DNA of 64,000 nt, from positions 68,822,001 through 68,886,000 of the forward strand of contig NC_045696.1 in assembly GCF_009834535.1 (NCBI RefSeq). Direction: 5' to 3'. The notes beneath the pieces are model-generated. The model did not search any database, had not been told where the DNA came from, and saw only the letters and a list, made by a program, of their open reading frames with translations. Below are positions 38,335-51,119 of the stretch, piece by piece. This DNA is from Camelus ferus. Lineage: Eukaryota. The position numbers and the translations under genes are program-made. Positions within the stretch are counted from its first letter, which is position 1. Every line of letters begins with the position of its first letter.

Positions 38335-38730
38335 CATTTGTTCAGTAAACTAGGATCTGGTTTATATGCCAAACCCCTAGGTAATGCTGAGGATATGCCA
38401 GTGAGCCAAACAGACCTTCATGGAATTCCATACATGGTGTGGGAGAGAGATGCTAATCAGATCATACGATGTATAAAATGGGACACAGTGGGATAAAGAC
38501 TTTGAAAGAAAAGAATAGGCTGCTAGGAGGTAGAGTTATGGGGCAAGAGGGGAGACCCACATTATATTATGCACTCCGTATGCCAATCAGAACTCATTTT
38601 AAGCTGGAACTGTAGGAGGGGCAAGAGTCAGGTAAGTGGCTATTGTTTGTGGGGGGAAGTATTTTAGTCATAAGAAACCGCACGTGTGAAAGCTCTGAGC
38701 GGCAGTGAGCCTTGTAGACCTGAGGAAGTG
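38335..38730 (-). mobile_element. L2 fragment (another at ~38885-39030)
   Basis: tcatttgttcagtaaac..tatgcca..tgctgaggata L2 3' end reversed. Confidence 0.7.
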
Positions 38731-40377
38731 AATTGAATTGGCTCTTAATCTTCACTCTTCTTGATAAGGTTCCCTGTGTTTGCCAGAGATAAACTTTGGG
38801 ACAGTGGTCATGTCTGAGTTATAAAGTAACCTTTTTGCTTTGCCCAAAGAATTGAAGCCACTGTTATGAAAAGGATAAAAAACATAATGAGTGTTCATTA
38901 TGTACCAGGCACTATAGTAGGCACTGGCATATGGAGTGAGTAAAAACAGAGTTCCTACCCTTGTGGAACTAATTAAATAGACTGGGGCAAATAATAAATT
39001 TGCAGATATAATTACAAACTGTGAGATGACCATGTCTACTTACCTTGTCAGCCAGTAAACAAAATCATAAGGTAATATTCTTCAGGGATCCCAGACTGAG
39101 GGCTACCTGATATGAGTGTATACTTGGAGTGTTACACAAAGATGCCTGGCCAGGGACGTTAATGGGGACTAAAACACTCATCAGAATTTCCCTTACCAAG
39201 CCATGCCCTTGTGCAAGGCTACATCTTCCTAAAGGAAGGGTATGTTTTTCTTTGTACCAAGGTATCAGTAGCATGTCTTCCTCTGATATTAGAAAGGAAT
39301 TCCCTATTCTCAAAATTGAGTGGGAAGCTCTATCTTGTAAATGTGTAGTTGCCTTGAACACAGAGATGTATCTGAGGTGGATGTCAAAGTCATAAGTGGG
39401 TATAATTGTAGGCTTAGAAAAAATAGAAAATGAAAAGGCCTAGGACATTGGTATTTTTAGGACATAACTTTAAAAAAAAATGGATCCTACGTCTACAGGG
39501 GTTAGAGCAATATTATAGATGTAAGAGAGAGTAGATAAAGGACAACACAGTGGTGGGATTGTGGAGGAAGGAACTGGACTGTGTGCATCATGAGGATGGT
39601 TATATTGTGTTGAATGAACTTGTGGGCATCACATTGGGAAAAGCTGTGGTGGAGGGAAAAAGGGATCCATGTATAAGATGATGTATTTCTGTATCCTGAG
39701 CCTGGCTAGTTGAACAAGTGTTTATTCCCATATCTTAAAATTTCAACTCCATTTTAAAATCATGGACTTAGTTTATGGGAGTGATCCTGCTTCTGGGAAG
39801 AATCTTGCCAGAATAAGTCCAGAAACAAAAAGCAAAGAACGAGGGGCCTGGTGTCTTGAAGTTACGGCTCTTCCCAGCAGTTGTATCCTATTGGACAGCT
39901 GGAGCAGACCTCTCCGAGTCTAAGTATTTCATCTGAAAATTAGAGGCTGCTTTCCTTGGTGGGTTATGACTCTTGAAAGGTATTGAGCAAAAACTCTGTA
40001 AACCATGAGGCAATAAAGAGGATATGTTTTTCATGAAATGCTGAGTTTCAGTGGCCTTTGGGCTGGGTTTAGTTGGCTGGGTTGGCAGAATCTCTACCTT
40101 GAAATGGTCTTTCTGGGTGGAGATCTGAGCTCCTCTGTCTTCTGACTGCAACAAGGGCTTTGACTACGCTCTAGCATAGGCAATTGAAAAACTTTTAGTC
40201 ATACAGACTTAACACAGTAAGTTTCCTGACTCGGTCAGTTTATGTTTTGAGCACAGGCCATGTATGTCTTCTCATGGAATCTGTGGTCAATTAGGATCTT
40301 CTCTCTTTTTGATGAGGCCCATAAAATTGAGGTAACTCTCAAGCACCAGCAGCAGTGTTAACAGATGCACTTGAGAG

Positions 40378-40697
40378 TTGAAGTTCAATTTGTGTGGGCA
40401 TACTACAAAGGACAGCAAATTGGCAAGGTGGTCCAGGGGATAGGAAGATGTGCCATCTACATTGAACAAGTGCAGCAGGAGAAGGCCTATGACACCTCTG
40501 TCCCTGTGGTTATTCACCCCAGCAAAGTGGTTATCTCTAGGACAAAACTAGACCAAAATTGCAAAAGAGCCTTGAACATAAAGCCAAATGTCACCCAGTA
40601 AGGGAGTAAAAGGGCAACTATAAGGAAGAAATAATTAAAGTGATACAGGAATAAAATAATCTTATCTACAACTTCCATTAAAAAATGCTAAAATGAA
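40378..40697 (+). pseudogene. RPL26: 5'-truncated processed pseudogene of ribosomal protein L26 (uL24)
   Basis: [52 protein letters not shown] aligns to RPL26 [52 protein letters not shown]. 1-nt frameshift near 40565; native CAGGAATAA stop ends 40654; RPL26-like 3' UTR (taatcttat...attaaa) then a decayed AT-rich tail; intronless. Confidence 0.93.
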
Positions 40698-40959
40698 TAT
40701 GTGTATGTGTCTGTATATCTATCAATAGATTAATTCAATATAATTCATTTAAATAAATGTATAAATATAAATGGATATATATTCATGTTTGTATATTGAT
40801 AAAGATACATATTCATACACATATCTAATGTCTTTATGAAGACCTATGGGGAGATTTCCTTGTCTCCAGATTAAAAATTAATTTTGAGTCTCATGAATGG
40901 CAGATTTCTCTATTTTTTTTGGAGACCCTGACCTTATAATAGATCAAGTTCCTCATTTT

Positions 40960-43900
40960 CATGCATTGTTCTTATGCCCAGAACACACATAAGACAGAAA
41001 AACAGGCAAAAGATTTTAACAGATGACCTATATATACACATAAGAAAGATATAAAAATGTCTCTTACACATTAAAAAAAATGGATATCTAGCCTTACTTA
41101 GAGGAATGCAAATTAAATTACAGTGAAATACCATTTCTCACCTATCAGATTAGGGAAAGTTGGATAATATGACACCCCTAGAGCACTTAGCTTTGGTGAC
41201 CAGAGGAGAGTGTGCTGCTGAGCTCCATAGGATGTCTGTCTCCTATATAAGATCACGTCCCCAAGATCAGGAAACATAACTGACCTACCCTAATGCATAG
41301 AAATAAACAGAATTAGGCAAAATGAGGAGATAAAGGAATATGTTCCAGGCAAGATAAAACCCCAGAAGAATAACTAAGTGAAGTAAAGATAAGTAATCTA
41401 CCCAATAAGAGTTTAAGGTAATGATCATAAAGATCATCACCAAACTCAGGAGAAGAATGGATGGACACAGTGAAAATCTTAAGAGTTAGAAAATATAAAA
41501 ACCAAACAGAGCCGAAGAATACAATAACTGAAATAAAAAATACACTAGAAGGGATCAACAATTGTATATAATGCTGTGTGAACACTGGAGTGCATGCATC
41601 TTTTCAAATTGGTGTTCTTGGTTTTTCTGGTTTTGGTTTTGGTTCCTTTGGGTTTTTGGTGGTTTTTCTTTTATTTCTTTTTTTTTTTTTTTTTTGGTGG
41701 GGGGGATATATATCCAGGAGTGGAATTCCTGGGTCATATGATAGTTCTGTTTTTAGCTTTTTGAGAACCTCGGTACTATTTTCTACAGTGGCTGCACCAA
41801 CTTCCATTCACACCAACAGTGTAGGAAGGTTCCCTTTTCTCCACACCCTCGCCAACATTTGTTATTACTGTTCTTTCTGATGATAGCCATTCTGACAGTG
41901 TGAGGTGAGATCTCATTGTAGTTTTGATTTGCATTTCCTTGGTGATTAGTGATGTTGAACATCTTTTTATGTGTCTGTTGGACATCTGCATTTCCTCTTT
42001 GAAAAATGTCTATTCATTTCTTCTACCCAGTTTTTAATTGGGTTGGTTTTTTCATTTGTTTTGTTCTGTTTTGTTTCATATTGAGTTGTGTGAGCTGTTT
42101 ATATTTTTTGGATACTAACCCTTTAATAGTCATATCATTTGCAGATATTTTCTCACATTCAGTAGGTTTTCACTTTGGTTTCCTTTGCTGTGCAAAAGCT
42201 TTTAAATTTAATTAGATCCCATTTATTCATTTTTGCTTTTATTTACTTTGCTTTAGGAGACAGATCCAAAAAATATTGCTGCAATTTATGTCAAAAGAGT
42301 GTTCTTCCTGTTTTTCTCTCGGATTTTTATGGTTTCCAGTATTACATTTAGGTTTTTAATCCATTTTGAGTTAATTTTTGTATATGGTGTTATAGAATGT
42401 TCTAATTTCATTCTTTTACGTATAGTTGTCCAGTTTTGCCAGCACAGCTTGTTGAAGAGATTATCCTTTCTCCATTGTATATTCCTGCCTCCTTTTTAAT
42501 AGATTAATTGACCATAAGTGTGTGGGTTTATTTCTGGGCTCTGTGTTCTGTTCCATTGATCTATGTGTCTGTTTTTGTGCCAATACCATACTGTTTTGAT
42601 TACTGTAGCTCTATAGTATAGTCTGAAATCAGGGAGCATGAGTCCTTCAGCTCTGTTTTTCTTTCTCAGGATTGTTTTAGCTATTCAAGGTCTTTTGTGT
42701 TTTCATATACATTTTAAAATCATTTGTTCTAGTTCTGTGAAAAATGCCATTGGTATTTTGATAGGGATTGCATTGAATCTGTAGATTGCCTTTGGTAGTA
42801 TGGACATTTTAACAATATTAATTTTTCCAATCAAAGAACATGGTGTATTTTTCCATCTGATCTGTCATCCTCAATTTCTTCCATCAGTGTCTTACAGTTT
42901 TCTGAGTACAGGTCTTTTGCCTCCTAAGATAGGTTTATTCAAAGGTGATGCAAAGGTGAATGAGACTGTTTCCTTAATTTCTCTTTCTGATAATTCGTTG
43001 TTAGTACACAGAAATGCAACAGATTTCTGTATATTAATTTTGTATCCTACATTTTTACCAAAATTAGTTTTCTGGTGGCATCTTTAGGATTTTCTGTGTA
43101 TAGTATCATGTCATCTGCAAACAATGACAGTCTTACCTCCTCCCTTCCAATTTGAATTCCTTTCATTTCTTTTCCTTGTCCGACTCTTGTGACCAGGACC
43201 TCCAATATGATGTTGAATAAAAGTGGCAGGAATGGCCATCCCTGTCCTTTTCCCAATCCCAGAGGAAATGCTTTCTGCTTTTTACTATTGAGTATGATGT
43301 TAGCTGTGGGTTTATTTAACTTTTTACCATTCAGTTTTCCTTTTTAATGGTACCCCCTGAACTTCTATTCATTGCCTATACAACAGGTAGGCTCTACTTT
43401 CATCTTTACTTCTTCCTGAACCTTCCATTTTTAATTGCATTATTTCTTATTTGTCAAAACATAAATTATTATTCTCAACTCAAACTTTAGGTCTTAGATC
43501 TACAATTAAATATATTAAAATTTTACAGACTTCTGGTTCTAGTTGTGCAGTAAGGAGCTTGGAAGTCACCATGTTGTCCCAACAATAAGTAAAAAGCTTA
43601 ACATACTGAAAGGTCAACAGTTCCTCTTAGATCTGTAAGAGAAAGTCAGACATTGGGCAAACAGTTGCTCCCAGGATTGGACACACGGGTGAATACCAGG
43701 AGTCATGGCTTACCTAAACAGAGACTCACCAGTGGAAAAAACCACGGAAGCTGGTGCCAGGGAAGGAAAACATGAACTGTAATTTGACAAGTTACTAGAA
43801 GTTCAGTGTAGACAACTCTGAGAATTAAAAACTCCAGAGATTCCTAGTTATAGGGGAGGAGGGAATAGTTATGGGTGGGCAGAGTTTTGTGAGTTTACCT

Positions 43901-46900
43901 CCAGGGACTTGACCATATTTTCACAATAAATGTTGGAGAAAAATCTCCTTACACTCCCTCAGGGGAAGGAGAAAGAAACCATCTCAGAATATGCCAGAGA
44001 ACTCTGTTCTTCTTAACAAGGCTTGCCCTCAGGAGAAACTATTCAACCAGAGCCTGGCTGTTGCAGGGGCAGGGCAAGTACACTATTCCAGCACATTCCA
44101 GCCTTCTTGTTCCACCTAAGTGGGGGAAGAGAGAAACTGAGAAACCCTTTGAAGTTCAGTCCAGGGGTAGCAGCCCACTAAACAACTGAGACCTAATCAT
44201 AGGACTGTAGAACGCCATCCCCTACACCTTATCACTACATTTCTAAAAGCCTGTTTACAGCAGTTCCTTTTAACCAGTATATCACATCCAGCTATCATGA
44301 AAAATTACAAAGTGTACTAAAAAACAAAAAACACAGTTTGAAAAGATGGAGGAAGCTTCAGAGCCAGTCATGGCAGGAATGTTGGAATTATCAGCCCAGG
44401 GAATTTAAAACAACTATGAGTAACATGCTAAGGGCTCTGATGATTAAAGTAGACAGCTGACAAGAAGACAGGAGCAATGCCGCAGAGTGATGGGAACCCT
44501 AAGAAATCAATGCTAGCAATCCAAACACTGTAACAGAAAGGAAGAATGCTTTTGGTGGGCTTATTAGTAAATTGTCAGCTAAGGAAAGAACCTCTGAACT
44601 TGCGTATATATCAAAAGAAACCTCCCCTAAAGGAGCTGAACAGTATACAAAAATCAATTGAATTACATATATAGTAGAAATGAATAATTAGAAACTTAAA
44701 AAAATTTTAAATAGTACCGATGACAGTATACCAAAACATGAAAAACAAGTGTAAATCTAACAAGATATGTGCTGGATTGTATGCTGAAAGTTACAAACAC
44801 CAGTGAAAGAAAGTAAAGCCCTAAATAGAGATACTGTATTCATAGGTTAGAGAATTCACTATTGTTAAATTGTCACTTTCAAATTGATCTATAGCTTCAA
44901 CACAATTCCAGTCAGAAACACAGAGGGCTTTCAGAAACAGACAAGTTGCTTCTAAAATATATGGAAATACAAAGGACCTAGAATACCCAAAAGAATGAAA
45001 AAGAACACCAGTGTTGAAGGCCTCAGTACTACCTGATTTTGATACTTACTATAAAGCTACAGTAATTGAGCTGGCATGGGCTTGGTGCAAGAATAGATAT
45101 GTACAATGGAGGAATGAAATCATTTTATTAAGTTAGCTTGGCGTTGACCATTTCAGATGAATTTCATCAGCTACCTGGCAAAGCCTTTCATCTGTATATT
45201 AATGTTTTATTTCTAGGACGTTTCCTTCAACTATAATTTTAAATAATAGTTCCATTGCTTTTTATTTCTTCAAGGATTCCAATTATATCTAAGTTGCATT
45301 GCCTGTCTTCTGTGTCATTTATGTCCTTCCTGACTCTTTATCTCATTTCACTTTGGCTGGCTGTCTTCAGTACTGCTCATTAAATTTCCATTTGAGTCCG
45401 TTCTCCCTTGGGTGTTGTAGTGAGTTAAATGTTGGCCTCCCACACGATGTGCCCACTTCAAACCTGTGAATGTGACTTTATCTGGTAAAAGGGGCTTGTA
45501 GATGTGATTAAGTTAAGGATCTTGAGATGAGACCCGAATCCAATGGCAAGTGTCCTTAGAAGAAAAGGAGAGAAGGCATTTAAAATAGAAGGCAATGTGA
45601 AGGTGGAGGTGGAGATTAGAATGATGTATCATCTATCAGCCAGGGAACATCAAGGATTGCTGGCGGCCACTGGAAGCTGGGAGAGCGGGATGAAAACTGG
45701 GAGCACCTACAGGAGGGACCAGCCCTGCCCACTTCTTGATTTCAGACTTCAGGCCTGCTGAACATGAGAGAACCAGTTTCTATGGTTTTCAGTCACCCAG
45801 TTAGTGGTAATTTGTTAAGGCAGCCCCAGGAAACAAATACAGTTACTTTCTTAAAATTTACTTGTCAATTCTGAGATGATTTTTCTTTTTGTTCTGTTTA
45901 TTTCTTGAGTTCAAACAATTCTTTTTTAAAGTATCTTCCTATTTTTTTTCCAAATCCATTTATGTTTTTAATTTCTGATTGAACATAGTTTTCCATATTT
46001 CCAAATGCTTATTTGAGGTTATTTAGTTCAACCTGAAATGTGTTGTGGTTTTCTTTCACTTCATGGTTGTTTGGGTTTTGTGTTTTGCTTTTTATTTCCC
46101 TTGAAATGAAGGAAGATTTTCATCACTTGAGATATTTGATTCTCTTCTTTCTCTCTCTCTCTCTCTTTTTTTTTTTTTTTTTTTCTGTAAGTAGCTTTGC
46201 ATAGATGTATTCCTTTTTCTTCAGTTTTGTTTGTGGCTTTGAGATGGTTTACAAGATTCTTAGCTTAATGGTGCCCTCTTCTGTCAATGTGGCAAAGTAC
46301 AGCTTTTTTAATGCTTGTTTTTAATATGTTCTGTATTTGAGATCTAAGCCTGTTACATGCACGGAGGAAAATAAAGATTTATCTTAAGGCCCTCACCTTT
46401 CCAGTTCAGTGTGATTGAAACTTATTGCTGTCTCAGGAAGAGTTTCCAAAAGCACTCAGTTTTCCTGCATGACCCCAGAGTGGTATCTTCACATTTCCTT
46501 AAGAAGTGCTTTCTCTGGGCTTTCCCCAGACTTACTCCCTACTTCCCTCTCTCTCTGTAAACCACTGTTTTGGCATATCTAACCAAAACAAGGAGGCTTA
46601 AGCCAACAATAATGCAGTTGTAGGGGGAAAAAAAGGAACAGAAATAACAGGGATCGAGGGGAAAGGGGAATTCTAAGATGACGGTGATGAGATGGAGCTG
46701 TATGACAATACTTGTTTAGTGTGGGGTTGGAGATCCCCAGCTCAGGGGGATGCCTCCCTCACATCCCTCCTCAAAAAAGGAAGGGAATAGAATATCTAAT
46801 ATTTATAAATAAATATACTGAGAAGAGTTCATAGCTCTGTCAGAATTTGGGGATAAACTGATTATATTACAAAAAAACCCTAAGTAAGCACAAATGTAAT

Positions 46901-47320
46901 CATTAACCCTAGGGTGAGGGGTCGAGGGGAGGAAGAAAGGAAATGTAACCATGCACTCAGAGTCAGCTACAAATAACATTTATACGGCCAAAATGTAGTC
47001 ACTGAATATTGATTTAGCCAAATATGATACTGTTAAGACTATATTAGGAGTAGGGTATAGGGTTGGTGTGTATGGGTAAGGGGTGAATAGCTGAATTATC
47101 AGATAATAATTCAGATAGCTGAATTATCATCTTCCAGTGTAGTAAATAATTTCTGAAACTGATGAATTAAAATAGCAATATAATTATATTTTTAGAAAGA
47201 TGGAAAAAAATACCATAATAAGTACCTGAAAAATTTGAAAGCTGTTGCCTCTGGGGAACAGGAATGGAGAGGTGGGATGGGAGAGAAGAAATGGAGAATG
47301 TGTGCTTTTGTTAGGACACT
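40960..47320. mobile_element. Large L1 mosaic: + ORF1 piece 41171-41562, - ORF2 41563-43315, + 5' UTR/ORF1/ORF2 43530-45120, older fragments to 47320
   Basis: [37 protein letters not shown] (RT, 43047-43256) and MQIKTTMR motifs. Confidence 0.9.
45416..45841 (+). mobile_element. MLT1B/C LTR
   Basis: tgtagtgagttaaat..acctgtgaatgtgac..gtggtaatttgtta..ggaaacaaataca. Confidence 0.85.
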
Positions 47321-48229
47321 GATGTGATCTGAGGGTCATGCTTAGGAAGCACTGATGTAGCCTTCTCTGTCCCTTTCCTCCATATCAGATACCTTCACAC
47401 ACACACACTCAACACACTCACACTTCAGCTACCTTGAAGGCAATCCTCCTCCACCTTCTCGACATCATGTCATATTCTAAAACTCAAATTAAGCCTCGTG
47501 TTCTTCTGAAAGTCTTCCCTGTTTGCTTGGACAAAATTGGCTTCTGAGTTCTCATATTCATTATCCTGTACACTTGTTTGGCATCTCATCATGTTTTGTT
47601 TTATATTGTTAGATAGCAGTGATTTGGAACTTGCAGCACATGCTGAGCCCTCAGGAAGCAGGGGAATAGTAAATGTTCAATAGATTCAGACATGTCCCAA
47701 GAGAGGATGCAGTGTCTTACTTCAAAACCCTAAGCCTGATGATCGGCATCCAATACTTAGAGGAGAGGGAGGGATGGGAAAGAAAAGGGGCTGGGAGTGG
47801 GGTGGGGAGCAGGGGATTTAGAGCAAGGTGCTCAGTGCTTACTCCCCAAAAGATATTTCCTAGAAGGGGCCTTGAAACAGATAGGAAGGAGGGATTAGTG
47901 GGCAAAGGGAGATCTTTGAAATGTTTGTGGTTTTGCTTTGTATTTTTCTCCAGCCTAACAAAGAATCTAGAGAAAGTGTTAAAGAATCTCAGCAGCAACT
48001 ACCATGATAATCTAATTGCTTCCTTCAGATCTTGTGTCCACTCACTACTGACAGCCCCACTGAACTTATCTGTGATGCCCTTGTTAATACAATTTCACAT
48101 ATCCACAGCCTCTCAGTAAGTCCAGCTGAAGTCTGATTTCATCCAAGGAGCCTTCTCTGACTACTCTGTCTCCCTCATGATCTCTTGATTCTCTGAACTC
48201 AGAGCATTTCTTTCTGTATGACTTTGACT

Positions 48230-50823
48230 TTGGGGCACCCTTACCAGTGTGTGCCTCCATCTCCCACTCTACGTGCTTTGCAGCTAACAGCCAACACTGT
48301 GACCTGAAGGCCTGAAGACACTTTTTCTCCTAGGCATTGGGGCTGCCCACCCTTGCTGAGAGCAGGAGGTGCCTGGGGGTTTTAGATATACCATCTACTC
48401 TCACATAGCATCTTTGCTGTGAAACAAACCATGGAGAGTCAGTTACTCTCAAAGTCTCTGCAGATTCAGGATGAAGCTGACACTTCATGCAGCCATGCTT
48501 GGCCTCTTGTGTTTCTCTCTCCTGCACCTCCCAAGTCCTTACTAGTATCTTCCTTAAAAAATCACAAGCCCCTGAATCCTTGACTTAGGATCCGGTTCTG
48601 GGAGAACCTAATTTAAGACAGTTGGTAGCAGAAGTGGTCCCAGGAAGCACATTCAAAGATGAGATCCTGAAGTTGGATCCTACATTAGCCAGACAGAAAT
48701 GTCTCTGTATCTAGTGCTGATAGGCCCTGGCATGCTGTAGCTTCGCAATTACCAGATCCTTCACTCATGGTTAACTGAGACAGGACACAGGTAGGGGGAA
48801 TGCATGAACTTGTCAGTATCTTCAGCATTTGAGAGCGACAAAGGAGATCATAATTGTAACTGTGGTAGTATTTGGTCACCATCATTGAGTGTCCTTGATA
48901 TATTGAAGAGAGAAGGCCGTGCCATCAGCAGTGTAGAACTATATACCATTCAAAACAAAGAACAGCTCCTAGCGTGATACTGTGACACTGAGCCCTGATA
49001 GAAATGGGCATCTGATCTTAGGAAATCAAGTAACTCTGGTACCACAGCTGCTCACCTTAAGCTGAGAGCTGTTTGAACTATCAAATCACAGTGTCTGGCC
49101 CAGCAGCAAGCCGTCATGTGATAGTAGTAGTATATTCTGGATGCAGCTGGAGCTGGTCCAGAGGGCACAAGTAATCTGCATGGACAAATGGCCCAGTTCT
49201 CTCTCATCACTCATCACCAGGGCACCAATACTTCTCTGCTAACAACTGGGAATTTTCCTCTGACCAGCTGACAGAGGAGGAAGATAACCAGACCTGACTC
49301 ATGGGTTGCTGAACATGTCCACCCGGAAAAGGGAAGCATTTCCTTCTGACTGGGATTGAAGAGTATTCCAGGAATGGGTTTGCCTTTCCTTCCCACAGGC
49401 CTCAGGTCACTATCCAAGGGCTCACAGAGCATTCGATTTAGCAGTGTGAAATACTGCGTAACAGTGCCTTGGACACGTGGCCACAGGCACAAGACAGTGG
49501 GAGCCACTGGTCCTACCACATACTACATCATCCAGAGGCTGCTGGCCTAACAGTGTGTTGAATCAGCCTCTTAGAGGCACAGTTGAGATGCCAGCTTGAA
49601 GGTGATACCCTGCTAGGGTGGAGTCCTACATAATCAATAGGTAGGAGATGTGAGTCTGGCAGTCACCTGGTAGAAGTGGGAAGTGGCCCCACTTACCATC
49701 ACTCCCACTTGAAGAATTTGTACTTCTTGTCCCTGCAAACTTAGGTTCTGTGGGTCTAAAGGTCTGGTTTGCAGGGCAGATATGCCTCCTCAGAGCATAC
49801 CTAAGAATCCCTTTCAACTTAAAGCTATGGCTGCTACCTGCTTAGTGTCAGTAAAGCAAGAGACACAGAAATGAGTTAGCATACAGTTGGGGAAACTGGT
49901 TCTGGTCATCATGAGGAGGTAGACTTGTGCTATAACGAAGGTGGGAAGGAATGTGTTTGGGTCACAGGGACACCCCTTGGTACTCCCACGGCCAGTATTA
50001 AGTGTCAGTGAGTAGTTACGGAGCCACAGCCTGATAAAGGCATGGTGACCAGGGGCTCAGACCCCCGGGGTTGAAGGTCATCTCACCAGGCTAGTCACCT
50101 CAACTAGCAGAAGTGGTAGCCAAGGGCAAATGGGGTGGTCTCTAGTAAGGGTGGTGGAGGAGGAAAACAACAAATCTTAGGTACAATCTCAGGTCCAACT
50201 GCCATAGTGAGGGCTGTGGCTTACCTCATTAACATACCTCTTACAAATTTTCCTCCAGAAACTGACCAACAAAATTTTGAAGAAGCTGTGATGGGATGGA
50301 GTGAATTTAACAAGAGGTACAAGAGGGGGAACTCTAGCAGTGTGAGGACCCACCCTCCACATCCTCTCAGACCTCTTTGATGTTCTGTGCACTCATCCCC
50401 CAGCTTCTGCGTGCTTTGCAACAAGTGGCTTGAACCTGAGACCTGGAAAGGATTGATCTTGGGCAGTGCAGCTGCCTCACCTGTTCCACCACTTCCACCA
50501 TGTGATTGTCAGACACGAAGTGTCTGGAGTTTCACATTCCTGCAACTGCAAGGAACCTCATTAGCCAAGGCCTGACCACCAGTGGGGACTTCAAAACCTC
50601 AATTCCCTTGCTTCTAGATAGGACAGTTACTAAGGTGCAATTTACACCCCAGAAATCTCTGTGGGATAAAGGCTGAAGCTAGAACTTCACCTGGAAGTGC
50701 CCCTTTGCTGGCCCCCCCCCCTTTCCTGTCTTGCATCTATTCCTCTGAGAGTAATTCCTTAATCACTACCACCCACCTTAATTCAGTGACTGCTTTTAGG
50801 AGACCCTAAGTGACCTAAGACAC
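48230..50823 (+). mobile_element. Two-LTR ERVL provirus (LTR16/ERV3-16A3-like), internally deleted
   Basis: Similar LTRs ~48230-48620 and ~50335-50823, both ending taagaca; PBS-like tggtagcagaagtgg at 48623; integrase remnants at 49370-49600 (G.GFAF, HWSYH..HHPEAAGL). Confidence 0.75.
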
Positions 50824-51119
50824 ACTTCCTTGAGCCATAGGAAACCATCTGTGTCACTACTTTTGCAAACTTGTGTTGAGATTTAGGCCTAACAATGTTA
50901 ACTTCACTCTTTTGTGAGTGTATAATTTTACTCCTTAACTACTCTGTAAATGCCTTTGAAAGCAGGGACTTTGTCTTATTAATCTTGTATCCTTATCTGT
51001 ACAATGGGAATAATACCAGTACCTTCTCATAAAGTTGTTAGAAGGATTAACACTAAAAATATTAAGTGCATAAAAGTGTTCCTGGCTTGTGGCAAAGGTT
51101 GTATGAGTTTCTCATTAGT

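Larger units (their letters stand above)
33250..40280 (-). pseudogene. Decayed SCAN-KRAB-C2H2 gene on the minus strand (unit C)
   Basis: SCAN-like exon ~40280-39787 (PSPKATETQHFMK, LQSFC, TKE, GRAVT); 175-nt phase 0-to-1 exon 39371-39197 (CVQG; GTAAGG donor); short exon 39106-39044 (GTAAGT donor); KRAB-like 38830-38730; terminal exon from 33974 with a degenerate finger HKYTI.GQSFHKESLL near 33290-33340. Confidence 0.45.

Noticed and set aside
40264..40300. ATGTCTTCTCA resembling the RPL39/RPL39L start (also AGAAACAAAAAGCAAA near 39821)
   Set aside because: Similarity stops after 11-16 nt and the two pieces are in the wrong order; no MSSHKTF..RRTKLGL frame.
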